DNA from: a virus | Taxonomy: Duplodnaviria > Caudoviricetes | IMG/VR virus record: IMGVR_UViG_3300033074_001936 | Location: 1-64,000 of that record | Strand: one strand, 5' to 3' | Length of the DNA: 64,000 bases | Shown here: positions 7,758 through 16,865 of the stretch, one piece after another | Layout: each line of letters begins with the position of its first letter | Numbering within the stretch: the stretch's first letter is position 1 | Notes under the pieces: generated by a model | Databases searched by the model: none | What the model was told of the DNA's origin: nothing | What the model saw: only the letters and a program-made list of their open reading frames with translations | Position numbers and translations under genes: made by a program

Positions 7758-10442
7758 ATGCTCGCCCCCATGAATAAAGCCGCCCCCACATTCATGCAGC
7801 GCTTGGTGGGGCTCGTTACTTCGACTCCGCGCGCCAAGCCGTTCTCGGAGATGGGCGTGTCCGGGACGCCCATATACGGGGGGTACGTACAAACGCGTGA
7901 GAAGTCATCGGGGTGGATGGGCGCGCAGCGCTACATCACTATCTCCGACATGGCGGTCAATGCATCTATTGTCGCTGCGGGGGTGCATTACTTCCTCAAC
8001 TTGATCGCGCGCCCGTCGTGGACGGCTCAGCCCGCCGACGAATCCGCCAAGGCCAAGGAGCTCGCGGAGTTTGTCGACGCAGTCCTGCATGACATGCGGC
8101 GCCCGTGGCCGCGGGTGGTGCGCCGGGCAGGCACGTATCGGTTCTTCGGCTTCGGCGTTCAGGAGTGGACCGCCAAGCGCCGCCCGGACGGCAAGATCGG
8201 ATTGGCGTCGGTCGAGCCGCGCCCGCAGCACACAATCGAGCGATGGGCGCTGGACCCTTCCGGGAAAGTTGAGGGCGTGTTTCAACGCGATCCGTCGACG
8301 GGGCAGGAGCTCGGCATTCCGCGCGGCAAGATCATGTACTTGGTCGAAGATGCGATCTCGGACTCCCCGGAGGGAGTCGGCATCTTCCGACACCTCGCCG
8401 AGCCGTGGGAGCGCCTCAAAGTTTACATGGAGCTCGAGGCGCGCGCATTCGAGCGCGACTTGCGGGGCATCCCGGTCGGCCGCGTGCCATACACTCTCCT
8501 CAATGCGGCAGTCAAGGCCGGCGAGATCGACGCGGCCAAGGCCGCCTCTATGAGCCGCATGCTCGAGGACTTTGTGCAGCTGCAAGTGCGCCAATCGAAC
8601 ACGGCGATCACGCTGGACTCGGTTCCTTATTACTCGCAGGCGGCGGACGGCTCCAAAGTTGCCGGCATGCCTCAGTGGGGGCTCGAGCTCTTGCAGGGCG
8701 CGGCGCAGGGGGTGGAGGCCATCGCCGCCGCAATCACGCGCACGCAGATGGAGATGGCGCGCATCTTGACCTGTGAGCACCTCCTCATGGGGGCGGACGG
8801 CTCGGGCAACAGGGCGCTCTCGGAGGACAAGTCCCGCAACCTGTACTTGGTGGCGAATGCCGTGCTGGCGGACATCGCCGAGGCCGCCACCCACGACCTG
8901 GTCGAGCCGATCTGGCTCCTCAACAGCTTCCCGGATGAGCTCAAGCCGCGGCTCGAGGCGGAGGATGTCGCATTCCAAGATGCCGACACGGTCGCGGCGA
9001 CGCTGGCCAAGATGGCGCAGGCGGGGGCGGTGCTGGCGCCCGACGATCCGGTCATCGAGGATGTGCGCGCTCTCATGGGCGTCTCCCCGCCCGCGCCCAT
9101 CCCGCCCGAGCTCGTGGGCATGAAGGGGCCGGAAGATAATGAAGACGGGGGAGAGGTGAAAGATGAACCGTCAGCTGATGCCGATGATGCTGAGATCGAA
9201 GAAGGTGGGCTGGAGAAGGCATTTGACCCGAACCAACCGCGGCATCCTCCAGGCTCACCCGAGGGGGGTCAGTGGGTTAGTTCTCGCGGGAGTGTAGAAG
9301 TATTTCACGGCACCACTGATAATGTGATCGAAAGTATCTTGGCGGGAGGTATACGTGCTCAGCCTGGGGTGGATAATTTTGCTTTTGTTGCGCGCGCGGG
9401 TGGGGAATCTGCGGTATTTGTGACGAACTCCCAAAAGAACGCCCTCGCGTACGCGCGAGCGGCCCAGAATGGTTTTGCCGAGCGGTATTGGGATGCGCAT
9501 TTTGAAGAGGCCGAGGCAATACAGGAAGCACTGCGTCGGAAGTATGGTTCGGTCAAGTCGCAGGAGTTTGGCGGCCCCGTTCCCGCAGCTGAAGCTTATC
9601 CTTTTTTGAATAAAGTTCCAGGCTTGCCTTCAATCGCCGTTGTTCACGCGCGTATCCCGAAGGCGGAGTGGGCGAAGTTCAAGCACGATAGAGAGAGTTT
9701 GGCTCCATCTAAGTATGGCAGGAGAATCAAACCGGAGTGGATTAAATCTATCAAAGTGCGAAAGCCCGGATCAAAATTGACTAGTATATTTCAGAAAGAG
9801 CTTGATAATGGGGAAATCTATTTTGTGATGTTATTTGTAGAGGAAGGGGGGTTGAGCAAGCGCGCGGCCCAGGCCGGTCGGGAGGCCGTCGCGCAGCTCC
9901 GCGGGCTGGGGAAGGCCGCGGGGCGCAAGACTCTCTACGTCAAGCGCCGCCTCCTCAACCCGGAGGACGTGCGGGCGTGGGCGGCCGCGCAGGGCATCGC
10001 GTCGACCCTGCGCCCGGACGACATGCATGTGACTGTCGCATTCTCGCGCGAGCCGGTCGACTGGTCGAAGATTGAGCTCGAGACGGACGCGGTCGTTGTC
10101 TTGGATGACGGGGTGGAAAAGCGCGCGGTCCATCAGTTCCCGCCCCGGTCCACCCCCAACGGCGCGCTCGTCCTCAAGTTCGAGTCGCCCGAGCTCCGCG
10201 CGCGCTGGCAGTACTTCCGCGACGCGGGCGCGTCGTGGGACTTCCCGGAGTACCAGCCGCACGTGACCATCACCTACTCGGTCCCGCAGGCCGATGTTGG
10301 CGCGATCGAGCCGTACCGCGGGCCGCTGATCTTCGGCCCCGAGGAGGCGTCCGAGGTCAACGACGACTGGGCGGGCGAGCTCGTCGAGGAACCGACCAGT
10401 ATGATCTCGGTTGAAGACCGCTGGGTGCCGCAGGGAGGGTAG
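7758..10442 (+). CDS. Portal protein fused to an ADP-ribosyltransferase-like domain and a C-terminal Acb1-like 2H phosphoesterase
   Basis: Follows terL; portal-like N-terminal ~450 aa (FERDLRGIPV, GNRALSEDKS); FDPNQPRHPPGSPEGGQW linker; VFHGTT/AVFVT..ALAYA; two HxT motifs (MHVTVAFS, PHVTITY); AAGGA before ATG 7758. Confidence 0.85.
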   Translation: MLAPMNKAAPTFMQRLVGLVTSTPRAKPFSEMGVSGTPIYGGYVQTREKSSGWMGAQRYITISDMAVNASIVAAGVHYFLNLIARPSWTAQPADESAKAKELAEFVDAVLHDMRRPWPRVVRRAGTYRFFGFGVQEWTAKRRPDGKIGLASVEPRPQHTIERWALDPSGKVEGVFQRDPSTGQELGIPRGKIMYLVEDAISDSPEGVGIFRHLAEPWERLKVYMELEARAFERDLRGIPVGRVPYTLLNAAVKAGEIDAAKAASMSRMLEDFVQLQVRQSNTAITLDSVPYYSQAADGSKVAGMPQWGLELLQGAAQGVEAIAAAITRTQMEMARILTCEHLLMGADGSGNRALSEDKSRNLYLVANAVLADIAEAATHDLVEPIWLLNSFPDELKPRLEAEDVAFQDADTVAATLAKMAQAGAVLAPDDPVIEDVRALMGVSPPAPIPPELVGMKGPEDNEDGGEVKDEPSADADDAEIEEGGLEKAFDPNQPRHPPGSPEGGQWVSSRGSVEVFHGTTDNVIESILAGGIRAQPGVDNFAFVARAGGESAVFVTNSQKNALAYARAAQNGFAERYWDAHFEEAEAIQEALRRKYGSVKSQEFGGPVPAAEAYPFLNKVPGLPSIAVVHARIPKAEWAKFKHDRESLAPSKYGRRIKPEWIKSIKVRKPGSKLTSIFQKELDNGEIYFVMLFVEEGGLSKRAAQAGREAVAQLRGLGKAAGRKTLYVKRRLLNPEDVRAWAAAQGIASTLRPDDMHVTVAFSREPVDWSKIELETDAVVVLDDGVEKRAVHQFPPRSTPNGALVLKFESPELRARWQYFRDAGASWDFPEYQPHVTITYSVPQADVGAIEPYRGPLIFGPEEASEVNDDWAGELVEEPTSMISVEDRWVPQGG

Positions 10443-10448
10443 GATCGC

Positions 10449-11111
10449 ATGCTCGCGCCGGACCATCAAGTCGCGCTCCGCGCGCAGCAGCACCGGGAGG
10501 AAGTCGCCTGCGGGGTCGCTGCGGCTATGCCGATGCTGGTGCGGGTGGCGGGCAATTTGACGCGAGGTCGCGGACCGGACCCGCACGACCTCGCGCAGGG
10601 CGCCGCGCTCAAGGCGATCGAGCACGCGGACTTGTTCCAGCCCGGCACAAACCTGGACGCGTGGCTCGTGACAATCCTGAAAAACTCCTTTATGTCGGGG
10701 CTGCGGCGGCAGCGCTTCGAGGTGGTCGGGGAGGCGGGCGACGCCGCAGACTTGTACGCTAACTCAAGCCGCATCGGCGCGGGGGGTGAGCGCGACGCGA
10801 TCGCGCGCCTCGACCTCGCGCGCCTCGCGTGCTGCCTGTCGAGGCTGCCCCCCGATCAGCAGGAGGTCGTCGAGCTCGTAGTGGTGCAGGGCCGCTCCTA
10901 CGAGGAGGCCGCCCTGGTCCTCGCGGTCCCGGACGGGACCATCAAGAGCCAGTTGTCTCGCGCGCGGGACCAGCTGCTCGCGATGATGGGAGAGGAGTAC
11001 CAGCCCGCCGGCAGCCGGCGCCACCGGCGCCACCGGCGCGAGGAAGAGGACGCGTGGGCGCGCCTGCGCGCGGCTGGGGCGGTCGACGCCCGTGAGTGGG
11101 AGGGCGAGTAG
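10449..11111 (+). CDS. ECF-type sigma-70 factor
   Basis: DLAQ, FQPGTNLDAWLVTILKN (region 2); LPPDQQEV, SYEEAA..PDGTIKSQLSRAR (region 4). Confidence 0.9.
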   Translation: MLAPDHQVALRAQQHREEVACGVAAAMPMLVRVAGNLTRGRGPDPHDLAQGAALKAIEHADLFQPGTNLDAWLVTILKNSFMSGLRRQRFEVVGEAGDAADLYANSSRIGAGGERDAIARLDLARLACCLSRLPPDQQEVVELVVVQGRSYEEAALVLAVPDGTIKSQLSRARDQLLAMMGEEYQPAGSRRHRRHRREEEDAWARLRAAGAVDAREWEGE

Positions 11112-11113
11112 GG

Positions 11114-12070
11114 ATGCTGACGCGCCCGGAGGCCGACACCGGCAACTTTACCTACGTACAGCTGCTCGCGCGCGTCAAGCTCGCGCTCGCCGAGGCCGTA
11201 GAGGTCGCGGTCCCCGCGGCGGAGATACGCCGGTTTCCGGGGCAGCCGCGGGAGTACTTCGACCTCGCGGCGCTCGCGCGCTTGTCGGAGTCGATCGACG
11301 CCTCCGGGCAGACGACCCCGGGAATTATTCGCCGGGCGGAGGGCGCGCCGGGGTACGAGCTCGTGGACGGCGAGCGCCGCTGGCGGGCGGTGCAGATGAT
11401 CCCCGCGGACCGGCGCCCGCTCTACCGCGCGCGCCTGATCGCGTCCGACGATGCGGTCGTTCAGTACCTGATCTCTGGGATCGCCAACTTTAACCGCGAG
11501 GGGCACGCCCCCCTCGAGGTCTCGGACGCCATCGCGCGCATGATGGGCCTCGACCTGCCGGCGCGGGAGATCGCCGCCCTCCTGGGCTTGAGCGAGCAGT
11601 GGGTCTACCAGATGCACGGGCTCTGCCGCCTCGACGGGCGCGTCAGGGCCATGCTCGACCCCGCGCTCCCCAAGAAGGAGCGGCTCCCGACGTCGGCCGC
11701 GGTGGAGATCGCTAAGTGCGCGCACAGCCTGCAGTACAGTTTGGCGCAGCGGGTCTTGCGTCGCGATGTGACCCTGAGCGGCCTGCGGGCCGAGGTCGTT
11801 GAGCGATCGCGCGCGGTCGGCGCGCCGATCCGAACCCGGCGCGCCGACCCTAACAGGCGCTGGCGCTCGGTCGTTAACTCGGTGGGGCATATAGAGCGCG
11901 TCGCCCGCGACATGGAGGCGAGCCTGGGCGCCCCGGGGGTGCGGGGGCTCGCCGTCCGGCGTCCGGCGCACGAGCGCGCCCTCGCGGAGAAGAACCTGCG
12001 CGGAGCCCGCGCGGTCCTCGAGCGCTGCGCGGCGGTCCTCGCAGCGTGGGTGGCAGAAGGGGAGGCCTGA
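11114..12070 (+). CDS. ParB/Spo0J-like protein
   Basis: QPREYFD, GQTTP, YELVDGERRWRA, ANFNRE, then an HTH. Confidence 0.88.
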   Translation: MLTRPEADTGNFTYVQLLARVKLALAEAVEVAVPAAEIRRFPGQPREYFDLAALARLSESIDASGQTTPGIIRRAEGAPGYELVDGERRWRAVQMIPADRRPLYRARLIASDDAVVQYLISGIANFNREGHAPLEVSDAIARMMGLDLPAREIAALLGLSEQWVYQMHGLCRLDGRVRAMLDPALPKKERLPTSAAVEIAKCAHSLQYSLAQRVLRRDVTLSGLRAEVVERSRAVGAPIRTRRADPNRRWRSVVNSVGHIERVARDMEASLGAPGVRGLAVRRPAHERALAEKNLRGARAVLERCAAVLAAWVAEGEA

Positions 12071-12073
12071 GAG

Positions 12074-12517
12074 ATGTTCGTCGTATTCGACCTGGACGGG
12101 ACGCTGTCGTTGAACGCGCACCGCCAGCACTTCCTCGAGCAGGTGCCCAAGCGCTGGGACGAGTGGCACGCGGCCTGCGCCGAAGATCCCCCATGCCTGC
12201 CGGTCATCGAGACGCTCCGCCTCTACTACGCCGCGCGACCGGCGCACCGGGTCGAGATCTGGTCCGGCCGCTCGGACGTTGTGCGCCGGGAGACCGAGCG
12301 TTGGCTCCTCCAGCAGGGCATAAACCCACTCCTCCTCAAGCGCATGCGCCCGGCAAAAGATCATCGGCCCGACGTCGACCTCAAGCGCAAGTGGCTGTGC
12401 GAGGCCCGGGCAAATGGGGGCGCTCCCGACCTCGTCTACGACGATCGGGATCGGGTCGTGGCTATGTGGCGTGAAGAAGGCGTGCGCTGCTTTCAGGTCG
12501 CCCCGGGGCCGTTTTGA
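12074..12517 (+). CDS. HAD phosphatase (polynucleotide kinase/phosphatase C-terminal type)
   Basis: FDLDGTL, SGR, D.RPD..LK, YDDR..VV.MWR...CFQVA. Confidence 0.85.
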   Translation: MFVVFDLDGTLSLNAHRQHFLEQVPKRWDEWHAACAEDPPCLPVIETLRLYYAARPAHRVEIWSGRSDVVRRETERWLLQQGINPLLLKRMRPAKDHRPDVDLKRKWLCEARANGGAPDLVYDDRDRVVAMWREEGVRCFQVAPGPF

Positions 12518-12726
12518 TGAAGATGGCTGACATCCTCGCAGATGGTCCGGCGCGCTTTCATTTTAAGTATGATGATGACCGCACCGTGAGCATTACTATC
12601 GAGTGCAAGTCGCAGTATGATGCGATGCTCGTTATGGGGCGCATTGCCGAAGAGCTTATCAAGGCGGGCAAGGTTGTGGTGGAGTTCACCGCCCAGCCGG
12701 GCGCGAGCATTACGCGGAGATCATGA
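12514..12726 (+). CDS. Hypothetical protein
   Basis: Overlaps both neighbours. Confidence 0.55.
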   Translation: MMKMADILADGPARFHFKYDDDRTVSITIECKSQYDAMLVMGRIAEELIKAGKVVVEFTAQPGASITRRS

Positions 12727-13229
12727 TCATGGAAGTGGTGTTAATCGGAAGTCAACCCTATGATGCATACGTGAGCATCGCGCAGGCGGACGCATACCTC
12801 GCGGCGGCTCTGCATGCGGGGGCGACCTGGTCTGACGCATCCGATGCATCGAAGGGGCAGGCGCTTGTGACCGCTGCGCGCATCCTCGACCGGCAGCGCT
12901 GGCGCGCAGAATATGATACGCAGGCGGAGCGCGATGGGGTCGCAGCGATCCGGGATGCGAGCATTGAGATGGCGCTCGCCCTCCTCGAGGGCTCCGACTT
13001 GCAGACCGAGCAAGTGACCGGGCAGAAGCTGTCCTCGATTCGCGCTGGCTCGGTGTCGCTGTCCTACTTCCGCGGGGCGGAGGGATCGCCGCGGCGCTTC
13101 CCTACAATCGTCCACGAGCTCCTGCGTGATTACTTAGTCGGCGCCGCCGATGGGCTCGCGGGGGCGGCTTGGGGGGCTGATGGAGTCTCGTCGACTGAGG
13201 ATGACTACGGCCACACCGGCGGCATCTGA
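12723..13229 (+). CDS. Putative head-tail adaptor (DnaT-like phage family)
   Basis: AYVSIAQADAYL, KGQALVTAARILD, IRDASIEMAL, AGSVSLSY, LLRDYL pattern. Confidence 0.7.
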   Translation: MIMEVVLIGSQPYDAYVSIAQADAYLAAALHAGATWSDASDASKGQALVTAARILDRQRWRAEYDTQAERDGVAAIRDASIEMALALLEGSDLQTEQVTGQKLSSIRAGSVSLSYFRGAEGSPRRFPTIVHELLRDYLVGAADGLAGAAWGADGVSSTEDDYGHTGGI

Positions 13230-13245
13230 AAAAGGAGAAGTTATC

Positions 13246-13518
13246 ATGGCATCACTGATGGCATCACTGATCGGCGCGCAGGCTGTGCTCGCGGGGTTCC
13301 CGCTCTCGGCGGTCATCCTCGGCATCATCAACATCGTCATCGTGGCGGCGGTCCTGGTCCTCGTGGGCCTCCTCGTTGTCTGGCTCATGGACGCGCTTGC
13401 CTTCCCGGTGCCGCCGATGGTGCGTCGCGTCTACATCATCGTGGTGGCGCTCATCTGTCTGTACATGGTCGCGGCCCTGCTCCTCGGGTTCCCGACGTTC
13501 AATGTCTTGCGGGGGTGA
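13246..13518 (+). CDS. Small membrane protein (2-3 TM)
   Basis: Strongly hydrophobic; AAGGAG RBS. Confidence 0.7.
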   Translation: MASLMASLIGAQAVLAGFPLSAVILGIINIVIVAAVLVLVGLLVVWLMDALAFPVPPMVRRVYIIVVALICLYMVAALLLGFPTFNVLRG

Positions 13519-13841
13519 GGCGCGTGGGGGATCGCCCGGCAAAGCAGGGGGCGGCGCACGTCTACCTCCTGCACTTCTCGCGCCCCCTCCGGCATGCGCG
13601 GCACTACATCGGGCAGACGACGCGCGCCGATGTCATGGAGCGTATTGCGGAGCATCGGGCCGGTCGGGGCGCGCGCATCACGCGCGAGGCCGTGGCGGCC
13701 GGCATCGAGCTCATTGTCGCGCGCGTTTGGGCGGATGCCCCGCGCCGCTATGAGCGGTTTCTCAAGAAGCAAGGCGGCGCGCGCCGCATCTGCCCAGTAT
13801 GTAAGGCGGAGGCGGAGGCGGCAAAGGGGAGTATGAAGTAG
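13515..13841 (+). CDS. GIY-YIG family nuclease (short)
   Basis: VYLLHF...HYIG, RIAEHRAGRGARIT, ERFLKK, CPVC. Confidence 0.8.
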   Translation: MRRVGDRPAKQGAAHVYLLHFSRPLRHARHYIGQTTRADVMERIAEHRAGRGARITREAVAAGIELIVARVWADAPRRYERFLKKQGGARRICPVCKAEAEAAKGSMK

Positions 13842-13843
13842 CA

Positions 13844-16390
13844 ATGCATGGAACGCAGGAGCACTCTACGATCCGCGGCCTCGCGGATGATGAAGTGATG
13901 CAGCAAGTCTGCGTCGATGTGTGGCGCGAGAAGTACCGCTACAATGATGAGCCGGACTACGCAGCCACATGCGCCCGCGTGGTGGCCGCGCTCTGCGCGA
14001 ACGAGTCGGCGGAGTTTCGCAAGGCGGCGCTTCGCGCCATGATCGCGCGGGAGATCATCCCGGCGGGCCGCATCTTGGCCGGCGCGGGGACCAAGAAGCG
14101 GGTGACCTTGATAAACTGCTTCGTGTCTCCGTACATCCAAGATTCCATGGCGACGCACCTCGACCGGCCGGGCAAGGGGATCATGGATTCGCTCGCGGAC
14201 GCGGCCTACTCGTTGCAGATGGGCGGCGGCATCGGCATGGACTTCTCGACCATCAGGCCTCGCGGCGCCGTGGTCAAGCGCACTGGCTCGACATCATCGG
14301 GAGTGCTGCCGTTCATGGATATGTGGAATGCCATGTCCGAGACTATCATGTCGGCGGGGCATCGCCGCGGCGCCATGATGGGGACCCTGCGCTGCGATCA
14401 TCCCGACATCGAGGAGTTCATCGAGGCCAAGCAGCAGCGCGGGCGGCTCGAGAATTTCAACGTTTCGATCTTGGTTACAGATGCATTCATGCAGGCGGTC
14501 GCGGAGGATAAGAATTGGCACTTGGTTTTCGACGTGCCGCCGAGCAAAGACTGCGGAGGCAATCGACTCATCAGCGATGATCGCGGCGTATTCTATCACG
14601 GTCCCTCCGCGACCCATGGGCATGTATATAAGACGGTCCGCGCGCGCGATCTGTGGGAGAAAATCACGGCGGCGACTTACATGCATGCGGAGCCGGGGGT
14701 GATTTTCATCGACCGGGTGAATGAGCAGAACAATCTCTCCTATTGCGAGACCATTCACGCGTGCAATCCATGCGGGGAGCAGATGCTGCCGGACTCGGGG
14801 GCATGCAATCTCGGCCACGTCAACTTGGCGGCAATGGTCATTAACCCATTTACCGAGGGTGCCTTATTCGATGTGATGCGCTTGCGCACCGCCGCTGAAA
14901 TCATGGTGCGCCTCCTCGATAACGTGCTGGATGTAACCCAGTGGCCGACTCGCGAGCAGAAGAAGGAGGGGCGAGCGAAGCGGCGCATCGGGCTGGGCTT
15001 CACCGGGCTGGCATCTGCCCTTCAGCAACTCGGCATCCCCTACGGCTCCGACCGGGCGGTGAAGTTCACTAACGAAGTCATGCGGAACTTGGCGGTCGCG
15101 GCCTATCGGGAGTCATGCGAGCTCGCGCGACTGCGCGGGCCGTTCCCGGCATTCGATGCTGCCAACTTCTGCGAGGCGCCATTCGTGCGCAGGCTCGATG
15201 AGGTCTACGAAGTGATTGATGGCATAAGAAAGCACGGCATCCGCAACGGGGTCTTGCTTTCCATCGCACCCACCGGAACAACTTCCCTCATGGCGGGCAA
15301 CATCTCATCGGGCATCGAGCCCGTCTTCGCGCATCGCTACCGCCGCCGGGTGCGGGCGGAGAATGGAGCCATGGAGGCGGAGTACTCCGTATTCGATTAT
15401 GGTTATTTGAAGTACTGCGCGCATGTCGGCGCGAACCCGGAGGAGGGGGCGGATCTGCCTGCTGCTTTTGTCACGGCCGATCAGCTCACCGTCGAGCAGC
15501 ATCTGCGCATGGCGGTAGCGGCGCAGGAGTGGGTTGACTCGGCGATCTCGAAGACCATCAACTGTCCCGCCTCCATGAGCCTCGGGGAGTTTCGGGAAGT
15601 CTACCGGAGGGCCTATGACTTCGGCCTCAAGGGTTGTACGACCTACCGCCCCGACCCGCGCTCCGCGCGCGGGGCGGTTCTCATCTCGGATGATCGGAAG
15701 GAGGTGATTTCCAGTGGCAGTGAAGAAGAAGGCGCGCGTGGCGGCCAAGGTCAAGACCGTTCGTCCCGCCAAGGTGGTTCGGCGGCCGGCGGCATCGATG
15801 GTGAAGAAGCCGCGCAGCCGAAGCCGCTGACTGCGGCGCCGCGCACCGATGATAAGATCCCCATGCAGGAGGTCGTCGACGCGCGGCGCTATCGCATCAA
15901 GTGGCCGACCGAAGATTGTTCTTACTATGTGATCATCACGGACTATCTCGATGCGAGCGGCCGGCGTCGCCCGTTCGAGCTGTTCATCTCGACCAAGTCC
16001 GAGCGCCATTCGGAATGGGTCAAGGCGTTCTCCCTTCTGGTGACGGCGATCTTTCGTCGAGAAGGCGATCCGGCTTTTGTCGTCGACGAGCTGCGAAGCG
16101 TTTTCTCCGCCGGGGGTGGAGCCTGGGTGCGGGTGCCTTGGGAGGAAAAATCCAAGCTTGCGCCATCGCTCGTGGCGGCCATTGGCCTCAAGATCGAGGA
16201 ACATTTGCGCTGGCTCGAGCTCATCCCGCGGGATGAAATCCTCCCCAAGCTCGTTCTCAAGATGCCGGAGGAGGGGACCATGCCGGCCGCCGAGCTCCTC
16301 GATGTATGCGATACTTGCGGCGCCCGCGCCGTGATTTATTCGGAAGGTTGTGCAACTTGCCACGCTTGCGGGCGGTCGGACTGCGGTTGA
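13844..16390 (+). CDS. nrdJ: Adenosylcobalamin-dependent (class II) ribonucleotide reductase
   Basis: PAGRIL, NCFV, GGGIG.DFS.IRP, RRGAMM, CNPCGEQ, ACNLG, SIAPTGT, DSAISKTIN, KGCTTYR; C-terminal CxxC..EGC..C..CG. Confidence 0.95.
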   Translation: MHGTQEHSTIRGLADDEVMQQVCVDVWREKYRYNDEPDYAATCARVVAALCANESAEFRKAALRAMIAREIIPAGRILAGAGTKKRVTLINCFVSPYIQDSMATHLDRPGKGIMDSLADAAYSLQMGGGIGMDFSTIRPRGAVVKRTGSTSSGVLPFMDMWNAMSETIMSAGHRRGAMMGTLRCDHPDIEEFIEAKQQRGRLENFNVSILVTDAFMQAVAEDKNWHLVFDVPPSKDCGGNRLISDDRGVFYHGPSATHGHVYKTVRARDLWEKITAATYMHAEPGVIFIDRVNEQNNLSYCETIHACNPCGEQMLPDSGACNLGHVNLAAMVINPFTEGALFDVMRLRTAAEIMVRLLDNVLDVTQWPTREQKKEGRAKRRIGLGFTGLASALQQLGIPYGSDRAVKFTNEVMRNLAVAAYRESCELARLRGPFPAFDAANFCEAPFVRRLDEVYEVIDGIRKHGIRNGVLLSIAPTGTTSLMAGNISSGIEPVFAHRYRRRVRAENGAMEAEYSVFDYGYLKYCAHVGANPEEGADLPAAFVTADQLTVEQHLRMAVAAQEWVDSAISKTINCPASMSLGEFREVYRRAYDFGLKGCTTYRPDPRSARGAVLISDDRKEVISSGSEEEGARGGQGQDRSSRQGGSAAGGIDGEEAAQPKPLTAAPRTDDKIPMQEVVDARRYRIKWPTEDCSYYVIITDYLDASGRRRPFELFISTKSERHSEWVKAFSLLVTAIFRREGDPAFVVDELRSVFSAGGGAWVRVPWEEKSKLAPSLVAAIGLKIEEHLRWLELIPRDEILPKLVLKMPEEGTMPAAELLDVCDTCGARAVIYSEGCATCHACGRSDCG
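15714..15830 (+). CDS. Overprinted 38-aa Lys/Arg-rich peptide in the +1 frame of the nrdJ linker
   Basis: AAGGAGGTGAT at 15698-15708, GTG 15714, TGA 15828-15830; MAVKKKARVAAKVKTVRPAKVVRRPAASMVKKPRSRSR. Confidence 0.55.
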   Translation: MAVKKKARVAAKVKTVRPAKVVRRPAASMVKKPRSRSR

Positions 16391-16400
16391 GGAATGGGAG

Positions 16401-16865
16401 ATGATCTTATCTGCGCAGTCGATTCGGGCTTTCCATGGACTCGTGATTCAACCGTTCTACGAGCGCACGGTCGTCGCGGGAATGACCTTCGGTCTGTCTT
16501 GCGCCGGCTATGACATCCGCATCAAAGACGAAGCTCGCCTCATGCCCGGCGATTTTGTCCTTGCCACTACTGTCGAGTACATCAAACTTCCATCGAATCT
16601 TATGTGCCAGCTTGCGGACAAATCATCATGGGCGCGGCGCGGGATCGCGGTGCAAAACACGATCTTCGAGCCGGGCTGGTTCGGCTACCCGACCCTTGAG
16701 ATCTCGAATCACGGGCGTGAATATGTGCGCATCCCCGCGGCGGCGCCCATCGGCCAGCTCATCTTTCACATGCTCGATGAGCCGACAAACCAGCCATATC
16801 GGGGCAAGTATCAGGACCAGCCGCAGCGGCCCATCGCCGCGCTCGAGGAGGAGGAGGGCGCATGA
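16401..16865 (+). CDS. dcd: dCTP deaminase / trimeric dUTPase family
   Basis: GYDIR, DKSSWARRG, NTIFEPGWFGYPTLEI, PIGQLIF, PYRGKYQDQ. Confidence 0.88.
   Translation: MILSAQSIRAFHGLVIQPFYERTVVAGMTFGLSCAGYDIRIKDEARLMPGDFVLATTVEYIKLPSNLMCQLADKSSWARRGIAVQNTIFEPGWFGYPTLEISNHGREYVRIPAAAPIGQLIFHMLDEPTNQPYRGKYQDQPQRPIAALEEEEGA

Noticed and set aside
9198-9860. Intein or intron in the portal gene
   Set aside because: No C/S start with HN-C/S/T end, no LAGLIDADG motif, and the frame is continuous
10898-12364. Long minus-strand ORFs (also 15305-16363, 39665-40912, 40926-42425, 45510-46868, 56960-58072)
   Set aside because: Antisense shadows of high-GC genes with no recognisable motifs
13844-16390. 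Intein in nrdJ
   Set aside because: Length and motif order fit an uninterrupted class II RNR; the only insert is the ~40-aa linker
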